This document shows, one piece after another, positions 1 to 9,521 of a stretch of DNA of 64,000 nt. Both the position numbers and the translations under genes were made by a program. The notes under the pieces are model-generated. The model was not told the DNA's origin, ran no database searches, and worked only from the letters and a program-made list of their open reading frames with translations. Source of the stretch: Hyaloraphidium curvatum SAG 235-1 (Eukaryota; Fungi; Monoblepharomycota); contig JAIVFI010000013.1 in NCBI GenBank assembly GCA_025558095.1, positions 620,001 through 684,000 of the forward strand, read 5' to 3'. How positions within the stretch are numbered: the stretch's first letter is position 1; each line of letters begins with the position of its first letter.

Positions 1-358
1 CCAGCAGCCCTCCCCGCCCACCCTCCACGGCATGCTGCACCTGCGCCCGCTCTCCTGCTCCCCCTTCCCCGAATGGGGCGCGCACCACTCGTCCCCCCTG
101 CCCTTCATCTTCGCCGCCGACGCCGTGCTCGACGCCTCGGAGAGGCGCATGGCCGCGGCCGTCGGGAGGTGGCTCGGGCGGTTCGCGCGGGGCGAGCGGG
201 TCCCCGCGACGCACGAGGGTTGGACGGTGGCGGACGACGGCACGGATGCGGTGCCGGAAGATGCGGTCTGGGGCGCGGGGAGGCGGGAGAGGTGCGGGTT
301 CTGGATCGGGGTCGCGGCGGGGGTGGCGAGGATGCAGGTGCGGGCCGCCAGCGGCTAG
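1..358 (+). CDS. 3' end of a type-B carboxylesterase/lipase family gene (partial, starts upstream of the window)
   Basis: GAHHSSPLPFIF resembles the catalytic-His motif GAxHxxELxFVF; ERRMAAAVGRWLGRFARG resembles the 'L.S..M..YW.NFAR' helix; TAG at 356-358. Confidence 0.6.
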   Translation, partial: QQPSPPTLHGMLHLRPLSCSPFPEWGAHHSSPLPFIFAADAVLDASERRMAAAVGRWLGRFARGERVPATHEGWTVADDGTDAVPEDAVWGAGRRERCGFWIGVAAGVARMQVRAASG

Positions 359-578
359 GCCGGCTTCCGCACGCGAAATTGGAGGTCGGAAGAGCGTGAG
401 AGATACAGACGTGACTGCCATCTTTAGAATAATGACTTTGTGTAACCGCGAGAGAAGGTCCATTTAAAACAGAGAGGTACACAAACCACTTCCAATTGTC
501 AGCATTGCTCCCCAGACGCAAGCAGTCAGCGCACTTCCAACATTCAACAAGCTCCTGAAGACGCAAGCAGCCAGGCGG

Positions 579-1534
579 CTACGAATCCGAATTCCCATTG
601 TACCCCTGCAGCAACCTCAGCACCGCATTGTCCGCATCCGCCCCCGCATACGAGTCCTCCCCGATCCAGTACCGCAAATCCGTCCAGTCCGCGCCCTGGG
701 CGTCGGCCAGCACCGGTCCGAACCCGCGGCCGTCGAACGCGGGCGGCGGTGCGAGCGTCGCAGCGGGCAGGGCTAGGCTGCCGCCCTGCAGCGGAGAAGG
801 GTACCCCACGGGGCCGGCCGGAATCTCCGGCTCCGCGGACCAAGACTCCTGCCCGTGTCCGTGGGCGCATCCCCCGTCCCCCCGCTGGCTCCAGACGGCG
901 GCATCCGCCCCGACGCGCGCCCTGCCGACCTCGGCCTCGCGCTCGCGCTGCCATTCCAGGAGCCCCTCTATCGTGCTCCGCGCGCGCTGGATGATGGCGA
1001 TCTTGGTGTTGGGCGCGCCGGGGGCCGCCGGGGGCAGCACGGCCTCGAGCAGCTCGATCTCCGCCTTAAGGGCGTCCCGCTTGAGCTTCTCTGCGTCCTG
1101 CCGGGTGCGGGTGAGCGGCGGTGCGCGCCGGGAGCTGCGCGGGGGAATCCCCCGGGTTAACGGACCTTTTTCTGGATGCGCGGGCCCGGCTTGGGCGGGC
1201 GGCCGGGCCGCGCCCTGGGCGGCGCCCGTGCCTGAACCGGCGCTTTGGGGTCCGGATAAAGGGGCGTGTCCGGGCCCGGGCGGTGCGGTCCCGGGCCGGG
1301 CTGCACATCCGGCGGGGCGCGGCCGGGCGCGCCGGCGGCGAGATGGGCGTAGTCATCCGGCAGCACGGGCAGCGCCGGGCCAGCACCGCCCCTCGCCAGC
1401 ACGCGCGAGAAGGCGCGCGCGACGGCGGCGGGGCCCGAGGCGGGGCCGGCCTGCAGCGCGGCGTCGTCCGCGTCGCCGAACAGTTCCCGCAGCCACGCGC
1501 GCCGCGGCGACGGCGTCCGCGGCGGCCCGTCCAT
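579..1534 (-). CDS. bHLH transcription factor (2 exons; intron 1098-1165)
   Basis: Removing the GTCCGT...CAG intron gives RIQKK|DAEKLKRDALKAEIELLEAVLP...NTKIAIIQRARSTIEGL, a basic-helix-loop-helix pattern. Confidence 0.75.
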
Positions 1535-3316
1535 CGAGGTGGGCCTGAATGTGTCTAGCGCGGCGTGGCTGGAAACACCGACAGGGGAAAGCTCCTAGTG
1601 ACGTGACTCGAAAAAAACCCCGACTCCAGATGATTCGAGGCGGGAATGCAAAGAACGGTTGCATCGCAGACGGGGCGATGAGCCGGATGATCTGCTCGGA
1701 GGATTCGTTCGGCGCGTTGGAATTCTTCCAGCCAGAGATCGCCGTGCAGCAATCAAAAGGTTTCACCACCTTGCATGTGGCGACATGGGTGTTCTCCCGC
1801 AGCACAGGCGACTCGTCGCAATCGTGGGCCTCGCATGCAGGTCGGTGCTGGTGACGGCGACCTGACACCCTTCATGGCATTTCCGGCGGAGACCAAATCG
1901 GAGATCAACAATGCGGTACCGGCGCGGCCGGGCCGATTCCGAGGGCCTGCGCCGGGGCGCTCCTCGGCCCCGGGTCCGCGGTCGCATGTCCCGTGGCGTC
2001 CGTTCTCGACCATAGGGGCGTGGGCCCCGGGGCAGGGAATCCGCGCGGCACGCACAGTGTCCGCAACACCCTCCTCCTTTGGCCACCGTGGCCCCGCGAT
2101 CATGCGCTCGACGGCCAGCTGCTCGACGGCGCCGCCGTCGACGGTCGGGACGCCGCCCTCGAACTCAGCCGTCTGCTGCGGTCCATCCGCACGGGGAAAC
2201 CCCCCCTTTTAAGAAAACCAGGCGCGGCGTGCTTCCTCTGGCCCGTCCGAGACGACGGAGGCGGCAGCACGGCCCCCTGATGCCGGCGCGGATGAAAGCT
2301 GGGTGGGCGGTTGGGTAGGTCGCCGTGAGCTTGGATGTTTGGCTCGAAGGAAGGCCGGCAGTCGCTTCGGGAGGATCCAGTCGAGAGCGTTTTCCGCTTC
2401 GCGCTCGACTGCCCCGTGATCGCGGTGGCGGAGGAGGGAGGCGTTTCTGGCCGCGGACGGCCGCTTGAGCCCCGCCAGGCTACTGGTAGCGACCCATGGA
2501 GTGATGCCGTGAAGCCTTGCGTCGGATCTTCCGGGCGATTTGTCCGAATCTCCGGGCCACCGAGCGGCCCAAAAGCAGCAGCAGTATTCCGATCATCGCC
2601 GGGCCGCTGGACCGCTCGATGGGGCGAGGGGCACGCCGCGGAGGTTCGCGGGGCCGTCCCAGTCTGCCCGGATTCCCCAGGCCTGAGCCGCCTGGGGGGC
2701 GTGCCACGGGCTTGCGGTGGTCATGCCCAGGGTCCCCTTATCCAGACAGCTACCGGTTTGTCGGCCTGATCCCGCCAACCCGGCGCGGGGTCCCGTAGGG
2801 CGCTGCGGAAGAACAGGCTCCCACCGGCACGACCGCGGCCGAGGCTGTTGGGTCCCCTGCCGCGACGCACCCTCGGCTCCGTCGACCGCGACCTGCTCCA
2901 TGGACGGGGTGATTGTACGGCTGGCGTTGTGCTGGCGGCGGCCAGCGGAGGGCCGCGGGGTGCGGTTGCGCCCAGGCGGCGGGAGAATCGCCGATTGTTT
3001 CCGAACGTTCCGAAACTCCTGCCTCGGCGGACGAGGGCCACTCGCGCCCAAGATACGGGATCCGAATCCGGGATGAGCCCGAGCATCTGACCGCGCTGGC
3101 TGGCTGGCGGGGATAGGGCACGCCAGGGCGCGAGGGCGTGACCGTGGACACTTGGACTCCGTCGCACAGGAGGGACACGGCGCTAGCGGTCGCCACGGGG
3201 AAGCTTGCTTCCGCTGATTGTGTTTCCCACGCGGATCTTTCTCCTGTTCGCGGCGGCCACGCTGACCGATCGTCATCAGCGCCTGGCGTTGGCGGCGGCC
3301 GGCATTCGGGACCACA

Positions 3317-4879
3317 ATGCTCGCCCCGGCCGAACTCCTGGCGATCCTGCCGGCGCCATCGCCGCCGCCGCCATCGCCCGGCGGCGCGAGGCTGCGCGAC
3401 CCGGCGGCCGACGCGCGGCGCGACCGGCAGCTCACGCGCGCGGCGTTCCTCGCGGCGCTGCCGGCGCCGCTCCGCGCCGTCGATGCGGCGGCGTTTGCTC
3501 TGCGGCCCTTCGCCCGGAACGTCGTGCCGCGGTGGTTTCTGTTCGAGTTCTCCGCCGACGCCGCGCTCTACTCGGTGTTCTCCTTGAATGCCGCCGACCT
3601 GGTCTTCGGCGCCCGCCAAATCAACGCCGCGCTCGCCGCCCGCGCCGTGGTGCTGTTCTGCAACATCGGCGCGAACGTGGTGCTGCAGGGCCTCAGCGAC
3701 GCGCTGGCGCCGCGCCCCGCGAAGCGCCGGGATTCGGACCTGGACCCGCGCTCGCCAGAGGCCGCCATGCTCGACGCGCACCCCTCGGCGGTCGTGGTGC
3801 GCTGGGAGCTGCTCCGGCGCGACGATCTCCCCGCCGGCGATCTGGACGCTCCGGGGCCCTCGGAAGGCGACGATCCGGGCCCGTGGAAGGAACCCAGGGC
3901 GACCCACCGGTCCCGGCTGCTCGCCCACGACCCGCTCGACCGCCTCTGTCCCTGCCCGCTGCCGAGTTGCGCCGGCACGTTACCGGCCGCATCGGGCAGG
4001 GAGAAAATCGCGTGGCGGGTGTTCGTTTCCTTGCTCATCTACTTCGGCATGCTGCCCTTCCTGCTCTGGACGCCCTTTGTGCACTTTGCCCCTTCGTTCT
4101 GGACGTCGCCCGCCAGGGCCCCCCTCGGCGCCCTGGCAATCATCGCCACGGCGCTCTACTACGGCGTCAACATCGTGGCCATGACCAACCCCGCGGTGTC
4201 GCAGATCCGCCTCTCGCACCGCCTGCAGCACCGCGGCATGTCGATCGCGCTCGCGGACCTTATGGACCGGTTCGCCCTCGCGCTCTCCTCCCAACCTGCA
4301 GCGGCGGCCTCCCTGGCCCCCTTCCCCGCCCCCCACTCCGAGATCTACGTCGCCATGCATGCCCAGCTCGTCGCGAGCTGGGCGGCCATGCAGGGCCTCA
4401 CCAGCGTCGCGCCCGTTGGAATCTATTTTGTCAACGAGGTGCTCGCCGCCCTCGTCCACCTGTATGCGGGGTGGTGCCTGACGGCCTTCACCCCCGTGTT
4501 TCTGCTGGTCCTCGCGTGCCTCGTCGCGGCGGACCTCGTCGGGCTCGCGGCGAGCAACGGGAGGATCGGGTCGATCGCGAACCTGTACGACGCGGCCGCA
4601 GCGTCGGCCGAGGCGATGCTCCGCCGCGCGGCGGCGCAGCAGGACCCCAACGCCGCCCGCACCCGCGCCGCGGCCGCGCTGGCGGAGCACCGGCGCTTCC
4701 TTGCGTCCTTCGCCGCGGCGGCGCGGCGGACCAGGGCGTCGCTCTTTGGGCTTCCTCTGACCTGGGGGCTCGTGAACGGGGTCGCGGTGGCGCTGCTCGC
4801 TCTTGCGGGGGGCGTATGGTCCCTGCTCAAGTCGTTGGGGGTCCGCTTCACGTACGAGTGCGTTTGCCCTCCGCGGTAG
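3317..4879 (+). CDS. Intronless 520-aa 7-TM membrane protein with gustatory-receptor-like (7TMIC/GRL-like) topology; lineage-expanded family
   Basis: Long ORF with about 7 hydrophobic segments; long helical loops after TM4 and TM6; C-terminal ASLFGLPLTWGLVNGVAVALLALAGGVWSLL; degraded paralogue at 16.2-17.1 kb. Confidence 0.8.
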   Translation: MLAPAELLAILPAPSPPPPSPGGARLRDPAADARRDRQLTRAAFLAALPAPLRAVDAAAFALRPFARNVVPRWFLFEFSADAALYSVFSLNAADLVFGARQINAALAARAVVLFCNIGANVVLQGLSDALAPRPAKRRDSDLDPRSPEAAMLDAHPSAVVVRWELLRRDDLPAGDLDAPGPSEGDDPGPWKEPRATHRSRLLAHDPLDRLCPCPLPSCAGTLPAASGREKIAWRVFVSLLIYFGMLPFLLWTPFVHFAPSFWTSPARAPLGALAIIATALYYGVNIVAMTNPAVSQIRLSHRLQHRGMSIALADLMDRFALALSSQPAAAASLAPFPAPHSEIYVAMHAQLVASWAAMQGLTSVAPVGIYFVNEVLAALVHLYAGWCLTAFTPVFLLVLACLVAADLVGLAASNGRIGSIANLYDAAAASAEAMLRRAAAQQDPNAARTRAAAALAEHRRFLASFAAAARRTRASLFGLPLTWGLVNGVAVALLALAGGVWSLLKSLGVRFTYECVCPPR

Positions 4880-5044
4880 CGGTTCGCAGCCCCGGGGCGA
4901 CGGTTCATTGTGTAGTGATGGCTAGATTCAGAAACAGAGTACAGAGAAGAGCACATCGAACATCAATTGAGGAGAAGCTGGATGCAAAACCGGCAGAAAG
5001 AAGTAATCCCCAAAGGTGGAACGCACACCCGTCCCAAGCGATTG

Positions 5045-6328
5045 TCAAGCGTCCCCGCCCGCCAGCGCCTCCTCCACGAAATCCGCCGTCCTCCTCGCCG
5101 CCGCCACCGCCCTCTCCCCCTCCATCCCGTCGACGGTGATGGACAGCCTCCCGTCCCCGCTCCCCGTCGCCGCGGCCCACAGCAGCAGCTCCGCCGCCCA
5201 GGCCCGCAGCGCCTCGGGCGTCTGCGAGGGGGGAGACTGGTCCGAGCCGATGTAGACCGAACAGCGGAAGGGCGCGTTGCGGAGCGACGCCAGCACGCGG
5301 GGGAAGTCGGCCGGATCCGCGAGCGAGGGGACGAGGTTCTGCAGCGTGAGGTGCTCCAGCGAGGGCGGGAACCCCTGGAGGAGCTGCCTGCTCCCCGGCC
5401 CGACGCAGTAGAGCGTCCTCAGCTCGTCGCACTTTGCCACGGCCGCCCACAGCGCAGCCGGGTCCTCCGAGTCGCACCAGTACCTGAGCTCGCCGCCCGA
5501 CTCGTTGTCGTGGGTGATGGTGCGCGGCGAGAAGCCGGGGAGGCGGAGGAGGTCCAGCAGGAGCTCGGGGTCGCCGGCTTCCCAGCTGCGGATCATGGGG
5601 AGCATGCGCGGGGGGATGCCGGCGGCGACCTCGGAGCGGGGGAGCGAGTCCTCGGCAAAGACGGAAAAATCGGCGTCGCAGAGGGCGGGGCAGCCGGCGT
5701 CGAGGGCGGCGACGAAGCGCGCGCTGAAGAAGCCGCTGATGTCGAGGCGCTTGAGGGAAGGCAGCGAGAGCTTGAAGCCGTTGGGCAGGTCCAGGCGCCG
5801 CAGGTGGATGGTCAGGGTTGTCAGGGAGTCGAGCGTGCATCCCGCGAACTTGTCGATGATGCCCGAGGCGTGGGTACCCGTCGCGTGCAGGCTCATCTTT
5901 TCAAGGTGGGGCACGGCCTCGACAAGGCCCCCCTCGAACGCGTACCGGGCGAACTCGGGCTCGTCGAACAGAAGCTCCTTCACTAGCCTGAGCTTGCCCG
6001 TCCCGAAAGAGTCCTTGACGAACTTGCGCACGTCGTCGGCGCTCGCCAGCGCCCAGTCGCTGTAGCCCACCAGCGACCCCATCGCCCTGGCGGTCGCGTA
6101 CGGCAGCAGCAGCACGTGCCACGCGCGGCAGATGAGCGTCATGCGGCCGTGGGTGCGCACGGGCGTCATCTTTGCGATCTTGAGGACAAGCTCCGCGGGC
6201 AGCGACGCCGGGGAAGGGTCGCGGGTCTCCCCCGGCTCGCCCTCTGCGGGGGCCTCCGGCGCGTCCTCGGGCCCGGGAGGCGGCGGCACGGTCTCGTTCG
6301 TCATTTCGGTGTCGGCGGAGGGCGGCAT
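5045..6328 (-). CDS. F-box protein with LRR-like C-terminus (427 aa, intronless)
   Basis: SLPAELVLKIAKM...MTLICRAWHVLL F-box; LPSLKRLDISG and PPSLEHLTLQNL LRR-like repeats. Confidence 0.8.
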   Translation of the reverse strand: MPPSADTEMTNETVPPPPGPEDAPEAPAEGEPGETRDPSPASLPAELVLKIAKMTPVRTHGRMTLICRAWHVLLLPYATARAMGSLVGYSDWALASADDVRKFVKDSFGTGKLRLVKELLFDEPEFARYAFEGGLVEAVPHLEKMSLHATGTHASGIIDKFAGCTLDSLTTLTIHLRRLDLPNGFKLSLPSLKRLDISGFFSARFVAALDAGCPALCDADFSVFAEDSLPRSEVAAGIPPRMLPMIRSWEAGDPELLLDLLRLPGFSPRTITHDNESGGELRYWCDSEDPAALWAAVAKCDELRTLYCVGPGSRQLLQGFPPSLEHLTLQNLVPSLADPADFPRVLASLRNAPFRCSVYIGSDQSPPSQTPEALRAWAAELLLWAAATGSGDGRLSITVDGMEGERAVAAARRTADFVEEALAGGDA

Positions 6329-6926
6329 CGCGGCTCGAATCGCGAGGAGGCGCGGTCACATGGGGCACTCTCAAAGAGAGGTGCTTGCGCCGCGCCGCCA
6401 AGAAATCGCTCAAACTCCGTGAGCCCCGGTATCACCGCATCCCCTGCTGATTACAGCTGGATGGCTATCAATTTGGATCTCTCAAAGACGTTTAAAAGAA
6501 CTCTCCTGGCATAACTGGCTCTCGTACCCTTGTGGACCGGTCGTGAGAGACAACTTGATGACGAGGTCCATTGCTCAACGTCGGAGACTGTCTCCGTGGA
6601 TGCCGTGTACGGTCCCGCAAGCTGCCACGATTCATGATCTAATGATCTAGCGCTGTTCTGTAGTTACAAGGAGGGTGAACGGAAGAACTGCTCAAGCCGG
6701 ACAAACCGACAAGGAAATTCCGGGATCTACTCCGTCCGAGAGCTCGGATAATCGTGTTCATATAAATGCTGATACTGCCTCTGCGGATCCTCGATACGCT
6801 CTGTCGCGGTGCCCAGACGCGGGCGGCTACAGTTGATCGCGCGATCGTTCTGCGGGCGAATTCTACCTTGGTCCCTTTCATCACCCCCGAGATACTGCCG
6901 TGAAACCGCCACGAAAGCACACCGCC

Positions 6927-7374
6927 ATGCCGCACCACGACCACGCAAACGCCGTTCGCTGCCTCGTGCAGGTCGAGGCCCAGACCGGGAAGGAGGCGGC
7001 GCTCCTGGAGGGCCTCAAGAAGCTCAAGGAGGCCGCCAAGGAGAACCGTGGGTGGCGCACGCGGCCGCCGACCCGGCGAGCAGGATTGACGCCGTCCCGC
7101 AGACGCCATCGAATACGAGATCGTGGTCGGGGCTGAGAACGCGGCGCAGTTCGCCATCATTGAGCTGGTGGGTGGCATATGTCTCCCGTTTCAACGCCCC
7201 CACTGACCCATCCCCTCACTGCCACGACGACCCATCCGGCGACACGGCTGCCAGTGGAAGGAGAAGGCGGACGAAGACAAGTACATGGAGAGCGCTGCGT
7301 ACAAGGACCTCATCTCCAAGGCCGGGGAGCTCCTCGCCGGGGCCCCCAACATCACGTACTGGAAGCACGCGTGA
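6927..7374 (+). CDS. Small ABM (antibiotic biosynthesis monooxygenase)-like dimeric alpha/beta barrel protein (3 exons; introns 7048-7102, 7168-7254)
   Basis: Spliced product MPHHDHANAVRCLVQVEAQTGKEAALLEGLKKLKEAAKENHAIEYEIVVGAENAAQFAIIELWKEKADEDKYMESAAYKDLISKAGELLAGAPNITYWKHA; canonical GTGGGT...CAG introns. Confidence 0.8.
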
Positions 7375-7698
7375 GCCTCCAGCTCCTTCGACGAACCAAG
7401 GCAGTGGGAAAGGAGCAGGAAAATAGAGCGTTGCAACGCTCGTACCTTGCTGCATCCTCGTTTCCTTGCAGTCCTACGGGCGGCGTTGCTTTTCGGGGAG
7501 CTGATCGGTTTACGTTGCGATCGCGAGATGGTCGTGGAAGAGTTGGGGTTCTGGGGTTCGGTCGGGGTGCGGTGGGCGACCGAGGCCGACGTGAAGAGCT
7601 GGGAGGCGTGTGCGTGATCGGGGGCATCTGCGAGCAGCTAGGATGCTTGGCTTTCCACATTCACCGTTGCTGTGAGTCAACAAGGGTAACAAAGGAAG

Positions 7699-9357
7699 TC
7701 AACACATGGCCAGCAGCCCGGTCAGACCCGGCATCCACCACGCCGACCACCTCGTCCGCATCCCGCCCGCCAATCCCGACGGCACCGACGTCCGCGCCGC
7801 CGTAGTCGTCGTCGACGTGGCCGCCGCCGTCCCCGTCGCGGGCACGAACGTCCCCGGCCTCGCATTGTCCCACGTCCACGACGCCGCATCCGTCGTCGTC
7901 GCCGTCCCCGTCGTCCGGACCACGCTCGTCGTCCGCACCGGCGTCGAGCTCGCCGACAACGACCCCAGCCCCAGGTCGCCGTCGAACCGCGCGACCACTT
8001 TGCCCACACCGGGTCCGCCGTCCGCCTCGGCGGCAAAGTAGAACGCCTCCCCACCACCGGGGTCCGCACCCCCCGCCACCAACCCCCCGCGGGAGAAACC
8101 GGAGGCGTCGATGCGGAGCTCGCCCAGCACCCTGCCGATCCTGGGATACAGCGAGTACGCCACGATGCGGCGCCCCGACGCGAGGAGGAAAAAGGTGCCG
8201 GTCGCCGAGGCCGCCGCCGCGCGCACCCCCTCGGCCGCCAACGCGCCGTCCGCGGAGGAAGGATCCGGCAGCGGCGCCGCGTCCAGGTGCTCCAGCTCCG
8301 GCAGCGAAAGGGTGTGCACCATTGCCGCGGTCCTGTTCCCGTGGGCGGCGAGGACGGCGAGGTACCTCCCACCCCCGGGATCGGAGTAGACGAACGAGGC
8401 CAGGGGGGAGTCGGCGAGCCCGGAGCCGAACTGCGCGCGGCCGACGGGGCGCCCGTCGTCGTCCTGGTGGTACGCGAGCGCGAACAGGTCGGTCGTGCCG
8501 CCCAAGGAGGGGCCGAGGTCCGAGGGGATGGAGGGGAGCTGGCGCGGGAGAGGGTCGACGGGGGAATCGGGGAGGCCGGTGTACACGCGGCCGACCACCA
8601 CGGCGACGCCCGAGCCGAGGCCGGGTTTGGCGCCCGGCTGCGGGGCGAGGTAGTGCAGCGCGGCGGCGGGGAGGCCGCGGGTGGCGGTGGAGGGGAGAAG
8701 GAGGGGGAGCTGGAAGCGGGCGGTCCATGTGGTCCGGCCGTCGGCGGTGTCGGCGCGGAGAAGTTGGGAGAAGCCGGGGAGCAGCGGGTCGTCCTCGGCG
8801 CTGGCGGGGAGCGTGGTGACGAGGACGAAGCGGGAGGCGCCTGGGCCCGCTGCGATCGCCACCGCCGACTGGGCGGAGAACACGGCCGTGTCCCCGAATG
8901 CGTAGGTCGCCGGCGGGTTCTCCACGGAGAGGTTCGGGCGCAGGCGCAGGGCGGCGGCGACCTGGTGCTGCGCCCTGCCGGGGAGCTCGCCCGCGAGCCA
9001 CAGCGGCGCATCGTCGGCGGGATTGCACGCCAGCCGGGACGGCGACAGGCGGTCGGCGACCGGCCGCGTGCGGAACCCGTCGGTCGGCGGCCTCGACGCC
9101 GCCGAAATCGCCCCGTCCGGGGACACCGCCGCCACGCCGAGCCGCGATGTGCCGATGTCGTACGCCGCGAAGGCCGCCGTGCGGTTGCCGGAGGCGCAGG
9201 CGGCGATTTCCGCGTGCGGCGACACGCCGCCGAGGGCGACCAGGAAGGCCGCGGAAAGGGAGACCGCCGCGGCCGATGCCGGGGGAATGCCGCTCAGGAG
9301 GAGCAGGAAGGGGGGAAGGAGCAGAGAGGGCGGGAACGCCCGCCTGCGCCGTTTCAT
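7699..9357 (-). CDS. Secreted/cell-surface protein of unknown function (552 aa) with Thr-rich stalk and hydrophobic, possibly GPI-signal, C-terminus
   Basis: N-terminal signal-like LLLPPFLLLLSGIPPASA; TTGTATTT/TSTTTTAA stretch; hydrophobic tail WWMPGLTGLLAMC. Confidence 0.7.
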   Translation of the reverse strand: MKRRRRAFPPSLLLPPFLLLLSGIPPASAAAVSLSAAFLVALGGVSPHAEIAACASGNRTAAFAAYDIGTSRLGVAAVSPDGAISAASRPPTDGFRTRPVADRLSPSRLACNPADDAPLWLAGELPGRAQHQVAAALRLRPNLSVENPPATYAFGDTAVFSAQSAVAIAAGPGASRFVLVTTLPASAEDDPLLPGFSQLLRADTADGRTTWTARFQLPLLLPSTATRGLPAAALHYLAPQPGAKPGLGSGVAVVVGRVYTGLPDSPVDPLPRQLPSIPSDLGPSLGGTTDLFALAYHQDDDGRPVGRAQFGSGLADSPLASFVYSDPGGGRYLAVLAAHGNRTAAMVHTLSLPELEHLDAAPLPDPSSADGALAAEGVRAAAASATGTFFLLASGRRIVAYSLYPRIGRVLGELRIDASGFSRGGLVAGGADPGGGEAFYFAAEADGGPGVGKVVARFDGDLGLGSLSASSTPVRTTSVVRTTGTATTTDAASWTWDNARPGTFVPATGTAAATSTTTTAARTSVPSGLAGGMRTRWSAWWMPGLTGLLAMC

Positions 9358-9521
9358 GGTGTGCAGTTTGAGGAGGTAGGGACGCTGTGGCGGAGCGGAG
9401 CCTCACTCGTCACTCGTCACCGACCCCCGATCGCATCCTGCTTCCGTCTCGTTCCTCGACCGAGTTATTGCCAATCAGCTCTACATCGCCATCCAATCCG
9501 TCCTCCGCCCCCATCCGCGGC

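Noticed and set aside
1555-3300. Assorted short ORFs between the bHLH and 7-TM genes
   Set aside because: No recognisable domains or consistent exon structure; treated as intergenic or decayed sequence
6550-6775. Possible C/D snoRNA (TGATGA...CTGA) or RNase P-like GGAAATTC
   Set aside because: Only short motifs; no terminal stem or recognisable guide sequence
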